From contig JBCNUU010000001.1 in assembly GCA_039630545.1 (NCBI GenBank), forward strand, positions 131,802-195,801: DNA of 64,000 bases, read 5' to 3'. The translations under genes were made by a program, and so were the position numbers. Numbering within the stretch: position 1 is the stretch's first letter; each line of letters starts with the position of its first letter. The notes below the pieces were generated by a model. That model did no database searches. It saw nothing but the letters and a program-made list of their open reading frames with translations, and had not been told where the DNA came from. The DNA comes from Endomicrobiia bacterium (lineage in GTDB: Bacteria > Elusimicrobiota > Endomicrobiia > DTEH01). Positions 47,598 to 57,361 of this stretch are shown here, one piece after another.

Positions 47598-48557
47598 ATG
47601 AAAGTTTTAATTACAGGTGGTGCTGGTTTTATAGGTTCTCATTTAACAGATGAATGTTTAAGAAAAGGTTGGGATGTGGTGGTTGTAGATAATCTTTCTA
47701 CAGGAAAACAAAAAAATGTAAATAAAAATGCTAAGTTTTATATGGTTGATATTACAGATCTAGGAACACTAAGAGATATATTCAAAAAGGAAAAACCACA
47801 AATAGTAAGTCATCATGCTGCTCAGATAGATGTAAGAAAGTCTGTAAGTAATCCTCAGTATGATGCAACTGTAAACATAATTGGTTCTTTAAATTTACTG
47901 CAACTTTCTGTAGAATATAAAGTTAAAAAATTTATATTTGCTTCTTCAGGTGGAACTATTTATGGGGAATGCAAGAATAAAACCGCGCCTAAAGAAACAT
48001 CAAGAATGTCTCCTGAATCTCCCTATGGTTGTGCAAAATCTTCAGTGGAGCTTTATTTGTGGTATTACTATAAAGTTTATGGATTAAATGCGATCTCTTT
48101 AAGATATGCTAATGTATATGGCCCAAGACAGGATCCAAAAGGAGAGGCAGGAGTGGTAGCTATATTTATAGATAAAATGTTAAACAATCAAGATGTGTAT
48201 ATCTATGGGGATGGTAATCAAATGAGAGACTTTGTATATGTAAAAGATGTAGTGGATGCTAATATAAAAAGCATGCTTAGCAAAAAAGAATTTGGTATCT
48301 TTAATGTAGCCACTGGTAAATCAATTTCTATCAATAAAATATTCAATCTTCTTAGTAAGTTTTTAGAATACCACAAACCACCAATATATAAACCATCCAG
48401 ACCAGGTGAGATATTTAGAAGTTGTCTTAATATTGAGTTAATAAAAAAAGAACTTAAATGGAAACCGAGATTTTCAATTGTAGATGGACTTAAAGAAACT
48501 GTTTTATATTTTAAAAATCAATTTAGTATAAATGGAAAAATCCAAAATTATAAATGA
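47598..48557 (+). CDS. NAD-dependent epimerase/dehydratase (UDP-glucose 4-epimerase-like SDR)
   Basis: MKVLITGGAGFIGSH Rossmann motif. YxxxK catalytic pair (SPYGCAK). ATG at 47598 is preferred; the tracked start at 47583 is TTG. Confidence 0.85.
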   Translation: MKVLITGGAGFIGSHLTDECLRKGWDVVVVDNLSTGKQKNVNKNAKFYMVDITDLGTLRDIFKKEKPQIVSHHAAQIDVRKSVSNPQYDATVNIIGSLNLLQLSVEYKVKKFIFASSGGTIYGECKNKTAPKETSRMSPESPYGCAKSSVELYLWYYYKVYGLNAISLRYANVYGPRQDPKGEAGVVAIFIDKMLNNQDVYIYGDGNQMRDFVYVKDVVDANIKSMLSKKEFGIFNVATGKSISINKIFNLLSKFLEYHKPPIYKPSRPGEIFRSCLNIELIKKELKWKPRFSIVDGLKETVLYFKNQFSINGKIQNYK

Positions 48558-49140
48558 TTTAATTAATATTTTTAAAAATTTTCCTTCAGTAGGTCCAAAA
48601 ACCGCAGAAAGATTTTCTTATTTTCTTTTAGATAATGAAAATTTGTTGGATTCCTTTATAGAAGTTTTAACAAAGATAAAAAATAATGTAATTAAGTGTA
48701 AATATTGCCATAACTTTTCATCTGTAAATCCTTGCGAAATTTGTACAGATCCAAAAAGAGATTTTAAACTTTTATGTGTGGTGGAAAAGTATCAGGATAT
48801 TTATTCTATAGAAAATACAGAATATAATGGTTTATATTATGTGCTAGGAACAATTATAAATCCTCTTGAAGGTAAAATGCCTAGTAGTTTAGATGTAGAA
48901 TCTTTATATAAAAGAATAGTAAATGTAGAAGAAAATTATAAACCCGACGAAGTAATTATAGCTTTAGGTTTTACAACAGAAGCAGACATTACTTCAAATT
49001 TTATAACTGAATATCTAAAGTCTAAGAATTTAAAAATAAAAATGTCTAGAATTGCTAAAGGTTTACCTGTAGGGGCTGAGGTAGAATATTCAGATCCACA
49101 GACTTTAAGTTTTGCTTTTAAAAATAGAGTAATTATATGA
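48532..49140 (+). CDS. recR: Recombination protein RecR
   Basis: HhH (FPSVGPKTAERF), C4 zinc finger (CKYCHNFSSVNPCEIC), Toprim domain. Confidence 0.9.
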   Translation: MEKSKIINDLINIFKNFPSVGPKTAERFSYFLLDNENLLDSFIEVLTKIKNNVIKCKYCHNFSSVNPCEICTDPKRDFKLLCVVEKYQDIYSIENTEYNGLYYVLGTIINPLEGKMPSSLDVESLYKRIVNVEENYKPDEVIIALGFTTEADITSNFITEYLKSKNLKIKMSRIAKGLPVGAEVEYSDPQTLSFAFKNRVII

Positions 49141-51728
49141 AAATCTCTCAACCAGAATTTCCAACTCGTCTATATTTAATACTTGATAATCTGTTAAAGT
49201 ATAGTTTGCCTGTGTTTTATTTTCTTATAGCTGTAATGTTTTATTTAAGAACATATGACTCCTGTCAAATAAAAATAACGATTTTTCAGATAGGTGGTAC
49301 TGTGATGGTATTATTGTGGTTTTTGAAATCACTAGAAAATCTGAAAGAAACAAAAGAATTTTATTTTAAAAACTGGCAGATAACTTTGGTATTTGTTTTA
49401 TTTTTGCTTTCAGGTATTCAGTCGCACATTTTTATGTCACCTCTTAAAAAAGCCTCGGGAATGGAGTTGATAAGAAGAGTTATATATATGTTGTCTGTTT
49501 TGGTGATAATGAAAGAAATAGATAGCATAGAAAAATTTCAAAGGATGATAAGATGGCTTCTAGCTGCGTTGTTTATATCTACTTTTTATGGTATTATTCA
49601 ATATCTGGATATAAAATATTTCCCTCCTAATCCTGCAGTTGGCTTAGATCCTTTTATTTGGAGGCAGGCTTTTGGTAGCAGAATATTTTCTACATTTGGT
49701 AATCCGAATTTTTATGGAGATTTTCTTGTAACAATGGCACCTGTAAGTTTATCATTGTTTTTATATAAGAAAAAAATTTTCTTTTTAATACTCTGGATAA
49801 TGACTTTATTTAACACATATGTTACTTACTCAAAAGGAGCTTGGATTGGATTTGTTGCTGGATTTATTTATTTTTGTTTTTTATACATAATATTTTTTAT
49901 TCATACTAAACAGCAAAAAATTAGGATTTATGTTTTAATAGCAAGCATATTTGCGATTTTGATTACTACATATGGAGTTTATTTTCAGTTAACACAGCGT
50001 ACGGATTCTGCAAAGTTTAGAATTTATACATGGCTTTCTTGCTGGGAAATGATAAATACCTCGCCTGTTCTTGGCACAGGTATAGGAACTTTTTATGTTA
50101 CTTATCCAGCATGGAGAAGACCTCAAATTTTTTATATCGAAGGTAAACATAACACAGAATCAGATCATCCTGAAAATGAATATTTAGAAGTGTTGTATGA
50201 TGAAGGTATAGTTGGTTTTGGAATATTTTTGTTTATTATAACTTTATTGGTTGTTTCATCTATTAAAGCACTTAAAAAATTTTCTTACGGAGTAATTACA
50301 ATAGATAAAAAGGGAACCAAAAAAGAAATTACACAGGATATAAGAGCGTTTTACTTATTAGGATTTCTTTCTGGATGGTTGGGATCACTTACTCATAACT
50401 GGGTATGTGTTTCAATGAGGTTTGTATCTTCTGGAAGTATTGTATGGATGATGGCTGGTTTGATATGTTCTTTGTTGATTAATAATCCTTTGTCTGAAAA
50501 ATCAAAACAAGCAGATGTTTTATCTCCACTGACAATTTTATTTTTTATATGTATGTTCTGGTTTTTAAATTTTTTATGGTGGAAAATGACTACAGATGTT
50601 TCTTTAGCAGTAAGTGTTTTTTTATTTGTGTTAGGAATTATATTAGAGACGAGAACTTTAAAACCCTTAAATTTAGCTACTAATTTTTCTGCTTCTAAGA
50701 AATCTATTGTTTTGAGAATTACACAATTGGCTTCTTTTATTGTTTCTTTTTATTTGATGAATATTTTTAGAGGATATTTTATAGGTGATATACATCATAA
50801 TATAGCAATTTTTTATTCAAAACAAGGCAATTGGTCTGAGGCCTTAAATAACTACAATATAGTAGCTAAAAATAATCCTGGGTTCATAATGTGCCACTAT
50901 TTTATGGGAAATGTATTTAATGACCGGTGGAGTTTACAAAGGGAATACCATCCTGAATGGGGAGACAAAGAAAGTGACACTCCATTTGTGGAAATAGATT
51001 TAGGTAAACCTGGAAGAGTAGATCCTGAAAGATCTATTTCAAAATATCAAGATGTTTGGAGGTTAGCTCCTAATTATGTTCAAAGTCATCATCAAGCAGG
51101 TGTAGTGTATATGAAATTAGGTTTGCATTTTAGAAACATAGACATTCAAAAGTCCATCCTTTATTTTAATAAAGCTCTTGAATATTTTTGGAAATACCAC
51201 AAAATCGATCCTATCTTTCCGGTAAACTATCAACGAATGGCATCCATTTACCTAACTTTAGGTAATTTAGAAATGGCAGAGAAGGTGCTAAAAGGTCATC
51301 TTTTTACACAGTGGTTGTGTCAAAATCCTGAAGATATTATCAACCCTAAAAAAATAAAGACTGAACAAGATAAAATTAAATATGAAGAAATAAAACAAAG
51401 ATTTGAAGAAGAAAAAAACTGGCACTGCTGTGATTATCATAAAAGAGAACATTACCTTTTATCTACTGAAAACTGGGCCAGAAGAAGATCACATGAGTAT
51501 TCTGAAACGTATTTACAACTAGCTAAACTTTTTGTTGGAAGAAATAATTCTGAGGCAGAAAAATTCTTTATTCGTGCTGTTAAAGTGTATCCTCAAAATT
51601 TTCAGGCCTGGAAAAGTTTGATAACTTTTTATCAACAATTTAACCTCAATGACAAGATAAAGGAAACAATTAAATGGTATACTCAAGAGTTTCCACAAGA
51701 CAAAGAGTTGTCTAACCTAAAAAATTAA
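49137..51728 (+). CDS. Polytopic membrane protein with O-antigen-ligase-like (Wzy_C) domain and C-terminal TPR repeats
   Basis: More than 10 TM helices. Periplasmic-loop motif ESDHPENEYLEVLYDEGIVGFG (H...N.YL pattern of Wzy_C/WaaL-like proteins). C-terminal TPR-like helical repeats. Confidence 0.7.
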   Translation: MKISQPEFPTRLYLILDNLLKYSLPVFYFLIAVMFYLRTYDSCQIKITIFQIGGTVMVLLWFLKSLENLKETKEFYFKNWQITLVFVLFLLSGIQSHIFMSPLKKASGMELIRRVIYMLSVLVIMKEIDSIEKFQRMIRWLLAALFISTFYGIIQYLDIKYFPPNPAVGLDPFIWRQAFGSRIFSTFGNPNFYGDFLVTMAPVSLSLFLYKKKIFFLILWIMTLFNTYVTYSKGAWIGFVAGFIYFCFLYIIFFIHTKQQKIRIYVLIASIFAILITTYGVYFQLTQRTDSAKFRIYTWLSCWEMINTSPVLGTGIGTFYVTYPAWRRPQIFYIEGKHNTESDHPENEYLEVLYDEGIVGFGIFLFIITLLVVSSIKALKKFSYGVITIDKKGTKKEITQDIRAFYLLGFLSGWLGSLTHNWVCVSMRFVSSGSIVWMMAGLICSLLINNPLSEKSKQADVLSPLTILFFICMFWFLNFLWWKMTTDVSLAVSVFLFVLGIILETRTLKPLNLATNFSASKKSIVLRITQLASFIVSFYLMNIFRGYFIGDIHHNIAIFYSKQGNWSEALNNYNIVAKNNPGFIMCHYFMGNVFNDRWSLQREYHPEWGDKESDTPFVEIDLGKPGRVDPERSISKYQDVWRLAPNYVQSHHQAGVVYMKLGLHFRNIDIQKSILYFNKALEYFWKYHKIDPIFPVNYQRMASIYLTLGNLEMAEKVLKGHLFTQWLCQNPEDIINPKKIKTEQDKIKYEEIKQRFEEEKNWHCCDYHKREHYLLSTENWARRRSHEYSETYLQLAKLFVGRNNSEAEKFFIRAVKVYPQNFQAWKSLITFYQQFNLNDKIKETIKWYTQEFPQDKELSNLKN

Positions 51729-51743
51729 GCGATATTAATCTCA

Positions 51744-54113
51744 ATGAAATCTAAAACTATAAACTTTCTTTTTTATTCATTAATAACAATATCACCCCTT
51801 GTCTTCTTTACTGATCTTACAAGAAATCCATATTACTTTCAGATTGTTTTTGCTCAATCAATGATGGTGGTGTTATGGATAATAATTTTGTTAAGAAATA
51901 AAGATGGAATTTATCATTTTACAAATCCTTTTGAAATTCCAATGTTTAGTTTTTATGGTTTTGCAGTAATCAGTTGGGGTATATCAATGTTTTTGAATCA
52001 CAATTATAAAGTCCCAGAAGTTATTTTTGATTCTCTTAAAGTTTACAAAAAAAATTTTCTTTTAATGAGTATGTTTAATGAGGGTTTAAAAAAATTTATT
52101 TTTACTATCACAAATATAATTTTGGTTTATGTTTTTGCTACAAATTATGTAAATAGAGAAAATTTTAAAAAAATTTATTTTACTTTCTTTATCGTTGGAT
52201 TTTTGGCAAGTATATATGGAATTTTGCAATACTTTGGTATAGAATTAATATGGCCTAAAGTTCTTAATCCATTTGGAGGTAGATGTGTTTCTACTTTTGG
52301 AAATCCAAATTTTTTGTCGTCATTTTTGATTTTACTTTTTCCAATAATGATGGTAGAATATTTTTATGGGAATAGTGTGGTTATGTTTATATTTTTAATT
52401 GTTTATTTTTTTGCGCTTCTTGCTACATTGACAAGATCCTCCTGGTTAGGATTGACAGCAAGTTTAGTTTATATTTTTATTATTTTGTTTATAGAAGAAA
52501 AAAAAGTGTTAAAGGAAAATAAAAATAAAATTTTAATTTTGTTAGGAGTTTTAGTTTTAACATTTTTAATATGGCCTAAAAGTCCTGTTGGTAAAAATCC
52601 TTCTGCAATTGAGAGATTATTAGAAGTTAGACAAGCAAAAGAGATATATAGTCCTTTACATCAAAGATTTCTTATATGGTTGTGTGGTTTTGATATGATA
52701 AAAGAGAAACCTATAACAGGTAAGGGATGGGGTTTATTTGAACTTTTTTATCCATTCTATCAAGGAAAATATCTTTTTATTAAAAAACTATCACATAGAA
52801 CACATGCAAATAACGCGCATAATGAAATTATAGAAGTATGGTCTCAGACAGGTACTGTAGGGTTAGGAATTTATATTTTATTTTTAATCACATTTTTTAT
52901 CTATAGTTATAAGTTATTTAAGAGAGAAAAACAAATTTATTACAAACTTGTAATTTTAGCAATATCAAGTTCAGTGTTAGGAATGCTGATAGATAACTTA
53001 CTAAATGTTTCGATTCATTTTTGTATTCCAGCATTTTTATATTTTTTTAATATAGGTGCTTTAGCTACTTTTGATGTTGCAAGAGTAAAAATAAAGGTTA
53101 AGTTTAAAAGTATTTTCAGATATTTGTTAGTGGTTGTCGGATTGTCTATTGTGATTCGTCTTTGGTTAAATTTCTTAGGTGAAATTAATTACTTTAAAGG
53201 TTTTAAATATTCCAAAAGGAATGATTTAGAACCTGCGTTGTATTATTTGTCTAAAGCAAATAAATTTCAAAAATATGAAGTAAATAATAATTATGAACTA
53301 GCGAACACATATGCTCGTCTTAAAAGATTAAAGGAAGCTGTATATTACTACTACGAAGCTTTAGCAAGCAATTGTGGGTATGATGAAATTCACTTTAACT
53401 TAGCAACAGTTTATTCTCAGCTGAATAATTTTGATATTGCTAAGTTTCATTATACTCAAGCACTGTTTATAAATCCTTTGTCGAAAGAAGCTTATATGGC
53501 ATTAGGAAGTATTTTTTTATCAGATATCGACAAAAATTTACAGTCAGCGGTTAAACTTTTTGAACAAGCAATTTTAGTTTTCCCAGAAGAAAAAGATTTT
53601 TATAATAATTTAGGTTATCTTTACATAAAATCTAATCAAGAACAGAAAGCTTTAGAATATTATGAGAAAGCTCTAAAAATAGACCCTAATTATGAATTTG
53701 CTAAAAAAAATTATATGATTTTAGCAAACAAACTGAATGTAAAAAACAATCTGGTTGTTATTTATAATGATATTTTTAACGAAATGTTAAAAGATATAAA
53801 TCAAAAAAAATTTGAAGAAGCAGAAATAAAGTGTTATAAACTTCTTGAAATCTTTCCTAACGATTACAATGCTAAATTTTATTTAGCCAATATTCTGTTT
53901 TCAAAAAATGAGTTTAGGAAAGCTTCTGATCTATACAAAGAAATAATTTTGGCTCAACCAGACAATTTGAATGTTAGGTACAACTATGCTGTTACTTTGG
54001 TTAAATTACAAAATTATAATGAAGCAGAAGAACATCTTAGATATATACTTTCAAAACAACCGAACAACATTCAGGCTAAACATTTATTAATAAGTATTAA
54101 AAAAAATTTTTGA
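51744..54113 (+). CDS. Second O-antigen-ligase-like / TPR membrane protein (paralog of the upstream gene)
   Basis: Same architecture as the upstream paralog. Loop motif RTHANNAHNEIIEVWSQTGTVGLG. C-terminal TPR repeats. Confidence 0.7.
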   Translation: MKSKTINFLFYSLITISPLVFFTDLTRNPYYFQIVFAQSMMVVLWIIILLRNKDGIYHFTNPFEIPMFSFYGFAVISWGISMFLNHNYKVPEVIFDSLKVYKKNFLLMSMFNEGLKKFIFTITNIILVYVFATNYVNRENFKKIYFTFFIVGFLASIYGILQYFGIELIWPKVLNPFGGRCVSTFGNPNFLSSFLILLFPIMMVEYFYGNSVVMFIFLIVYFFALLATLTRSSWLGLTASLVYIFIILFIEEKKVLKENKNKILILLGVLVLTFLIWPKSPVGKNPSAIERLLEVRQAKEIYSPLHQRFLIWLCGFDMIKEKPITGKGWGLFELFYPFYQGKYLFIKKLSHRTHANNAHNEIIEVWSQTGTVGLGIYILFLITFFIYSYKLFKREKQIYYKLVILAISSSVLGMLIDNLLNVSIHFCIPAFLYFFNIGALATFDVARVKIKVKFKSIFRYLLVVVGLSIVIRLWLNFLGEINYFKGFKYSKRNDLEPALYYLSKANKFQKYEVNNNYELANTYARLKRLKEAVYYYYEALASNCGYDEIHFNLATVYSQLNNFDIAKFHYTQALFINPLSKEAYMALGSIFLSDIDKNLQSAVKLFEQAILVFPEEKDFYNNLGYLYIKSNQEQKALEYYEKALKIDPNYEFAKKNYMILANKLNVKNNLVVIYNDIFNEMLKDINQKKFEEAEIKCYKLLEIFPNDYNAKFYLANILFSKNEFRKASDLYKEIILAQPDNLNVRYNYAVTLVKLQNYNEAEEHLRYILSKQPNNIQAKHLLISIKKNF

Positions 54114-54161
54114 TATACTATTGAAAATTTTTAGAATTATTTATAAAAAATAAACATCTTA

Positions 54162-54216
54162 AGCAGTATAGGTTAGGTCGTTGAGCTTGATCTGATACTG
54201 CTACATTTTTATTTTT
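54162..54216 (+). promoter_or_regulatory. Terminator-like hairpin plus U-run immediately upstream of the cspA Shine-Dalgarno: either the terminator of the preceding gene or a cspA 5'-UTR element
   Basis: 8-bp stem AGCAGTAT/ATACTGCT (54162-54169 / 54195-54202) with a 25-nt loop, then ACATTTTTATTTTT, then AAGGGAGG. Putative promoter TTGAAA-N15-TATAAA at 54121-54147 lies upstream of the hairpin. Confidence 0.5.
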
Positions 54217-54235
54217 AAGGGAGGTGTTAAAAGAA

Positions 54236-54448
54236 GTGGTAAAAGGTAAAGTAAAGTGGTTTAATGAGAAGAAAGGCTTTGGGTTCATTAGTTGTGAAGA
54301 TGGCTCAGGTGATGTATTTGTGCATTATTCGGGTATCCAAAAGAAAGGTTTTAAAACTCTGAAAGAGGGCGAAGAAGTAGAATTTGAAATTACTACGACA
54401 AGCAAAGGTCCGAAAGCAATTAATGTTAAAAAATTAAACAAATTTTAA
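54236..54448 (+). CDS. cspA: Cold-shock protein (CspA family)
   Basis: [15 protein letters not shown] (RNP1) and VFVHYS (RNP2). GTG at 54236 is preferred (SD 11 nt upstream); the GTG at 54224 overlaps the SD. Confidence 0.85.
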   Translation: MVKGKVKWFNEKKGFGFISCEDGSGDVFVHYSGIQKKGFKTLKEGEEVEFEITTTSKGPKAINVKKLNKF

Positions 54449-54458
54449 TATTATTGAC

Positions 54459-54522
54459 ACTTTGTGCAGAAAAATTTTGCTTTGGTTATATTTGTTATAA
54501 CCAAATTTAAGTAGCACAAAGT
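54459..54522 (+). terminator. Nested inverted repeats downstream of cspA: outer ACTTTGTGC/GCACAAAGT enclosing inner TTGGTTATA/TATAACCAA
   Basis: Read directly. Weak U-run, so termination function is uncertain. TTGACA at 54454-54459 overlaps the outer arm. Confidence 0.4.
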
Positions 54523-54684
54523 TATATATAATAAGATTTTACTGATAGTTAGTTGGTAAAGTCTTATTTATTAAAAAATAAAACTTTTTTAGAAAATTGG
54601 TTTGTCTTTCCTTAATAATAATTACTTCTTGTATTTCTCTTGCTTATTTTATATTAAGATATAAATTTTAGGAGAAAAACCACC

Positions 54685-57330
54685 ATGTTAAGATATATTT
54701 TATCCAAAATTTTTGGTTCACAAAATGAAAGATATTTAAGATCACTAAAGCCAATAATAGAAAAAATTAATTCTTATGAAAATGAATTAGAAAAACTATC
54801 AGATAGTGCTTTAAGAGAAAAAACTTATGAGTTTAAACAAAGGCTTAAAAACGGAGAGACGCTTGATGAAATTTTACCAGAAGCTTTTGCCGTAGTTAGA
54901 GAAGCCTCTAAACGTACAATAAAATTACGCCATTTTGATGTTCAACTTATAGGAGGAATTGTTTTACATCAAGGGAAAATTGCTGAAATGAAAACTGGAG
55001 AAGGAAAAACTTTAGTTGCAACTTTAGCTGCTTATCTTAATGCTTTAGAAGGCAATGGCGTTCATATTGTAACAGTAAATGACTATCTTGCAAAAAGAGA
55101 TAGATTCTGGATGGGGCCAATTTATGAATTTTTAGGTTGTAGTGTTGGTTATATTGAGCATGATATGGATCCACAAATAAGAAAGCAGATGTATGCATGT
55201 GATATTACCTATGTTACAAATAATGAACTTGGTTTTGATTATTTAAGAGATAATATGGTGTTAAAAAAAGAAGATAAAGTCTTAAGAGGTCTTAATTATG
55301 CTATTGTGGATGAAGTAGATTCTATTTTAATAGATGAAGCAAGAACACCCCTTATAATTTCAGGTCCAGCAGAAGAATCCACAGAAAAGTATTATATAGC
55401 CAACAAGCTGGTTCCAAGATTAAATATAAAAATTATCACTGAAGATGAAGAAATAGAAGCAAAATATAAAGGAATAAATATCTATAAAGGTTATGATGCT
55501 ATAGTAGATGAAAAAAATCATACAGTAGTTTTAACCGATGAAGGTATCAAAAAATGTGAGAAATTACTAAATATTTCAAACCTATATGATGATTTATCTT
55601 CTGACTGGGTTCACATAATTACCCAGGCGATAAGAGCTCATAAACTGTTTCATAGAGATGTTCACTATGTAGTTAAAGATGGAGAAATAATTATTGTTGA
55701 TGAGTTTACTGGTCGTCTTATGCCTGGTAGAAGATGGTCCGATGGATTGCATCAAGCAATAGAGGCAAAAGAAAACTTACCTATCAGAGAAGAGAACCAA
55801 ACACTTGCAACCATAACATTTCAAAATCTTTTTAGAATGTATAAAAAACTTGCTGGTATGACCGGAACGGCGTTAACTTCAGCTGATGAATTTTGGGGTG
55901 TTTATAAACTTGATGTAGTAGTGATACCTACTCACAAGCCAATGATAAGAAAGGACCATCCAGATGTTGTATACAGAACAGAAAAAGAAAAATGGCAAGC
56001 GATAGTAAATGATATTGAGTATCACTACAGAAAAGGTCAACCTGTACTTGTAGGGACTCGTTCTATAGAAAAAAATGAATTTCTTTCATCTCTTCTAAGA
56101 AGAAGAGGGATTCCTCATCAGGTATTAAATGCAAAACACCATGAAAGAGAAGCTCAAATTATTGCTCAAGCAGGAAAACTTAAAACAGTAACAGTTGCTA
56201 CCAATATGGCGGGTAGGGGGGTAGATATAATTTTGGGAGGTAAACCTTCTCCTGAAGATGCTTCTCATCTTATATGCAATGATCCGAACTGTAAAGTTGA
56301 GTTTCTTCATAATAAAGAATATCATGAAGTGGTAAATTTAGGAGGGCTTTATGTTATAGGGACTGAACGTCATGAAGCCAGAAGAATAGATGATCAACTA
56401 AGGGGAAGAAGCGGTAGGCAAGGAGATCCTGGTGAATCAAGGTTTTATGTTTCACTTGAAGATGAACTCATGAGATTATTTGGTGGTATAAAGATGTCTG
56501 AAATTATGCTTAAGTTGGGAATGAAAGAAGGAGAAAGTATTCAGCATCCGTGGATTACAAAATCAATAGAAAGAGCACAAAAGCGTGTTGAAGCTACAAA
56601 TTATGATATAAGAAAACAACTTTTAGAATATGACGATGTAATGAATAAACAAAGAGAAGCTGTTTATTCTTTAAGGGATGCAATATTAGAAGGAAAAGAT
56701 CTTGAGGAGAGAATACTCACAATGTTAGAGGAATCAGTGGAAGATAAAATAGAAAATTTTTGTACTGCCAAATATCCTGAGGAATGGAACTGGACTGCTT
56801 TAAATTTATGGTTAAACAGAGTATTTGATGTTTCGTTTCAGCTTCAAGATAGAGATGTAAACAAAATAACTAAACAAAAGCTGAAAGAGGAGATTGTTAA
56901 GTTAGTAAAAGAAAGATATTATAAAAGAAAAGAGGAACTTACACCAGAAGTATTTTTTGAATTACAAAAAATAGTGTTTTTAAATATGTTAGATATAGCT
57001 TGGAGAGAACATCTCTATGAGTTAGATCATCTTAAAAGAAGCGTAGGACTTAGAGCATATGGCCAAAAAGATCCTCTTGTGGAATATAAAAAAGAAAGTT
57101 ATATCTTATTTAATAATCTAAAAACAAGAGTGAGAGAACAAACAATTGAATATGTGTTTAAATTACAACCAATCGTAAGACAATATCAACCATCCAGAAC
57201 AATGGGTGGAGTTGTTTCTACCATTAAAGAACCTTCACAAAAAGTAAAAATTGGAAAAATAGGCAGAAACGATCCCTGTCCTTGTGGTAGTGGTAAAAAG
57301 TACAAAAAGTGTTGTGGAAAAAGTGTATAG
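54685..57330 (+). CDS. secA: Preprotein translocase ATPase SecA
   Basis: DEAD-like motor motifs ([37 protein letters not shown]). C-terminal zinc finger [14 protein letters not shown]. 881 aa. Confidence 0.95.
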   Translation: MLRYILSKIFGSQNERYLRSLKPIIEKINSYENELEKLSDSALREKTYEFKQRLKNGETLDEILPEAFAVVREASKRTIKLRHFDVQLIGGIVLHQGKIAEMKTGEGKTLVATLAAYLNALEGNGVHIVTVNDYLAKRDRFWMGPIYEFLGCSVGYIEHDMDPQIRKQMYACDITYVTNNELGFDYLRDNMVLKKEDKVLRGLNYAIVDEVDSILIDEARTPLIISGPAEESTEKYYIANKLVPRLNIKIITEDEEIEAKYKGINIYKGYDAIVDEKNHTVVLTDEGIKKCEKLLNISNLYDDLSSDWVHIITQAIRAHKLFHRDVHYVVKDGEIIIVDEFTGRLMPGRRWSDGLHQAIEAKENLPIREENQTLATITFQNLFRMYKKLAGMTGTALTSADEFWGVYKLDVVVIPTHKPMIRKDHPDVVYRTEKEKWQAIVNDIEYHYRKGQPVLVGTRSIEKNEFLSSLLRRRGIPHQVLNAKHHEREAQIIAQAGKLKTVTVATNMAGRGVDIILGGKPSPEDASHLICNDPNCKVEFLHNKEYHEVVNLGGLYVIGTERHEARRIDDQLRGRSGRQGDPGESRFYVSLEDELMRLFGGIKMSEIMLKLGMKEGESIQHPWITKSIERAQKRVEATNYDIRKQLLEYDDVMNKQREAVYSLRDAILEGKDLEERILTMLEESVEDKIENFCTAKYPEEWNWTALNLWLNRVFDVSFQLQDRDVNKITKQKLKEEIVKLVKERYYKRKEELTPEVFFELQKIVFLNMLDIAWREHLYELDHLKRSVGLRAYGQKDPLVEYKKESYILFNNLKTRVREQTIEYVFKLQPIVRQYQPSRTMGGVVSTIKEPSQKVKIGKIGRNDPCPCGSGKKYKKCCGKSV

Positions 57331-57361
57331 TTTTTATAAAAATAAATTATAATGTCTAAGA

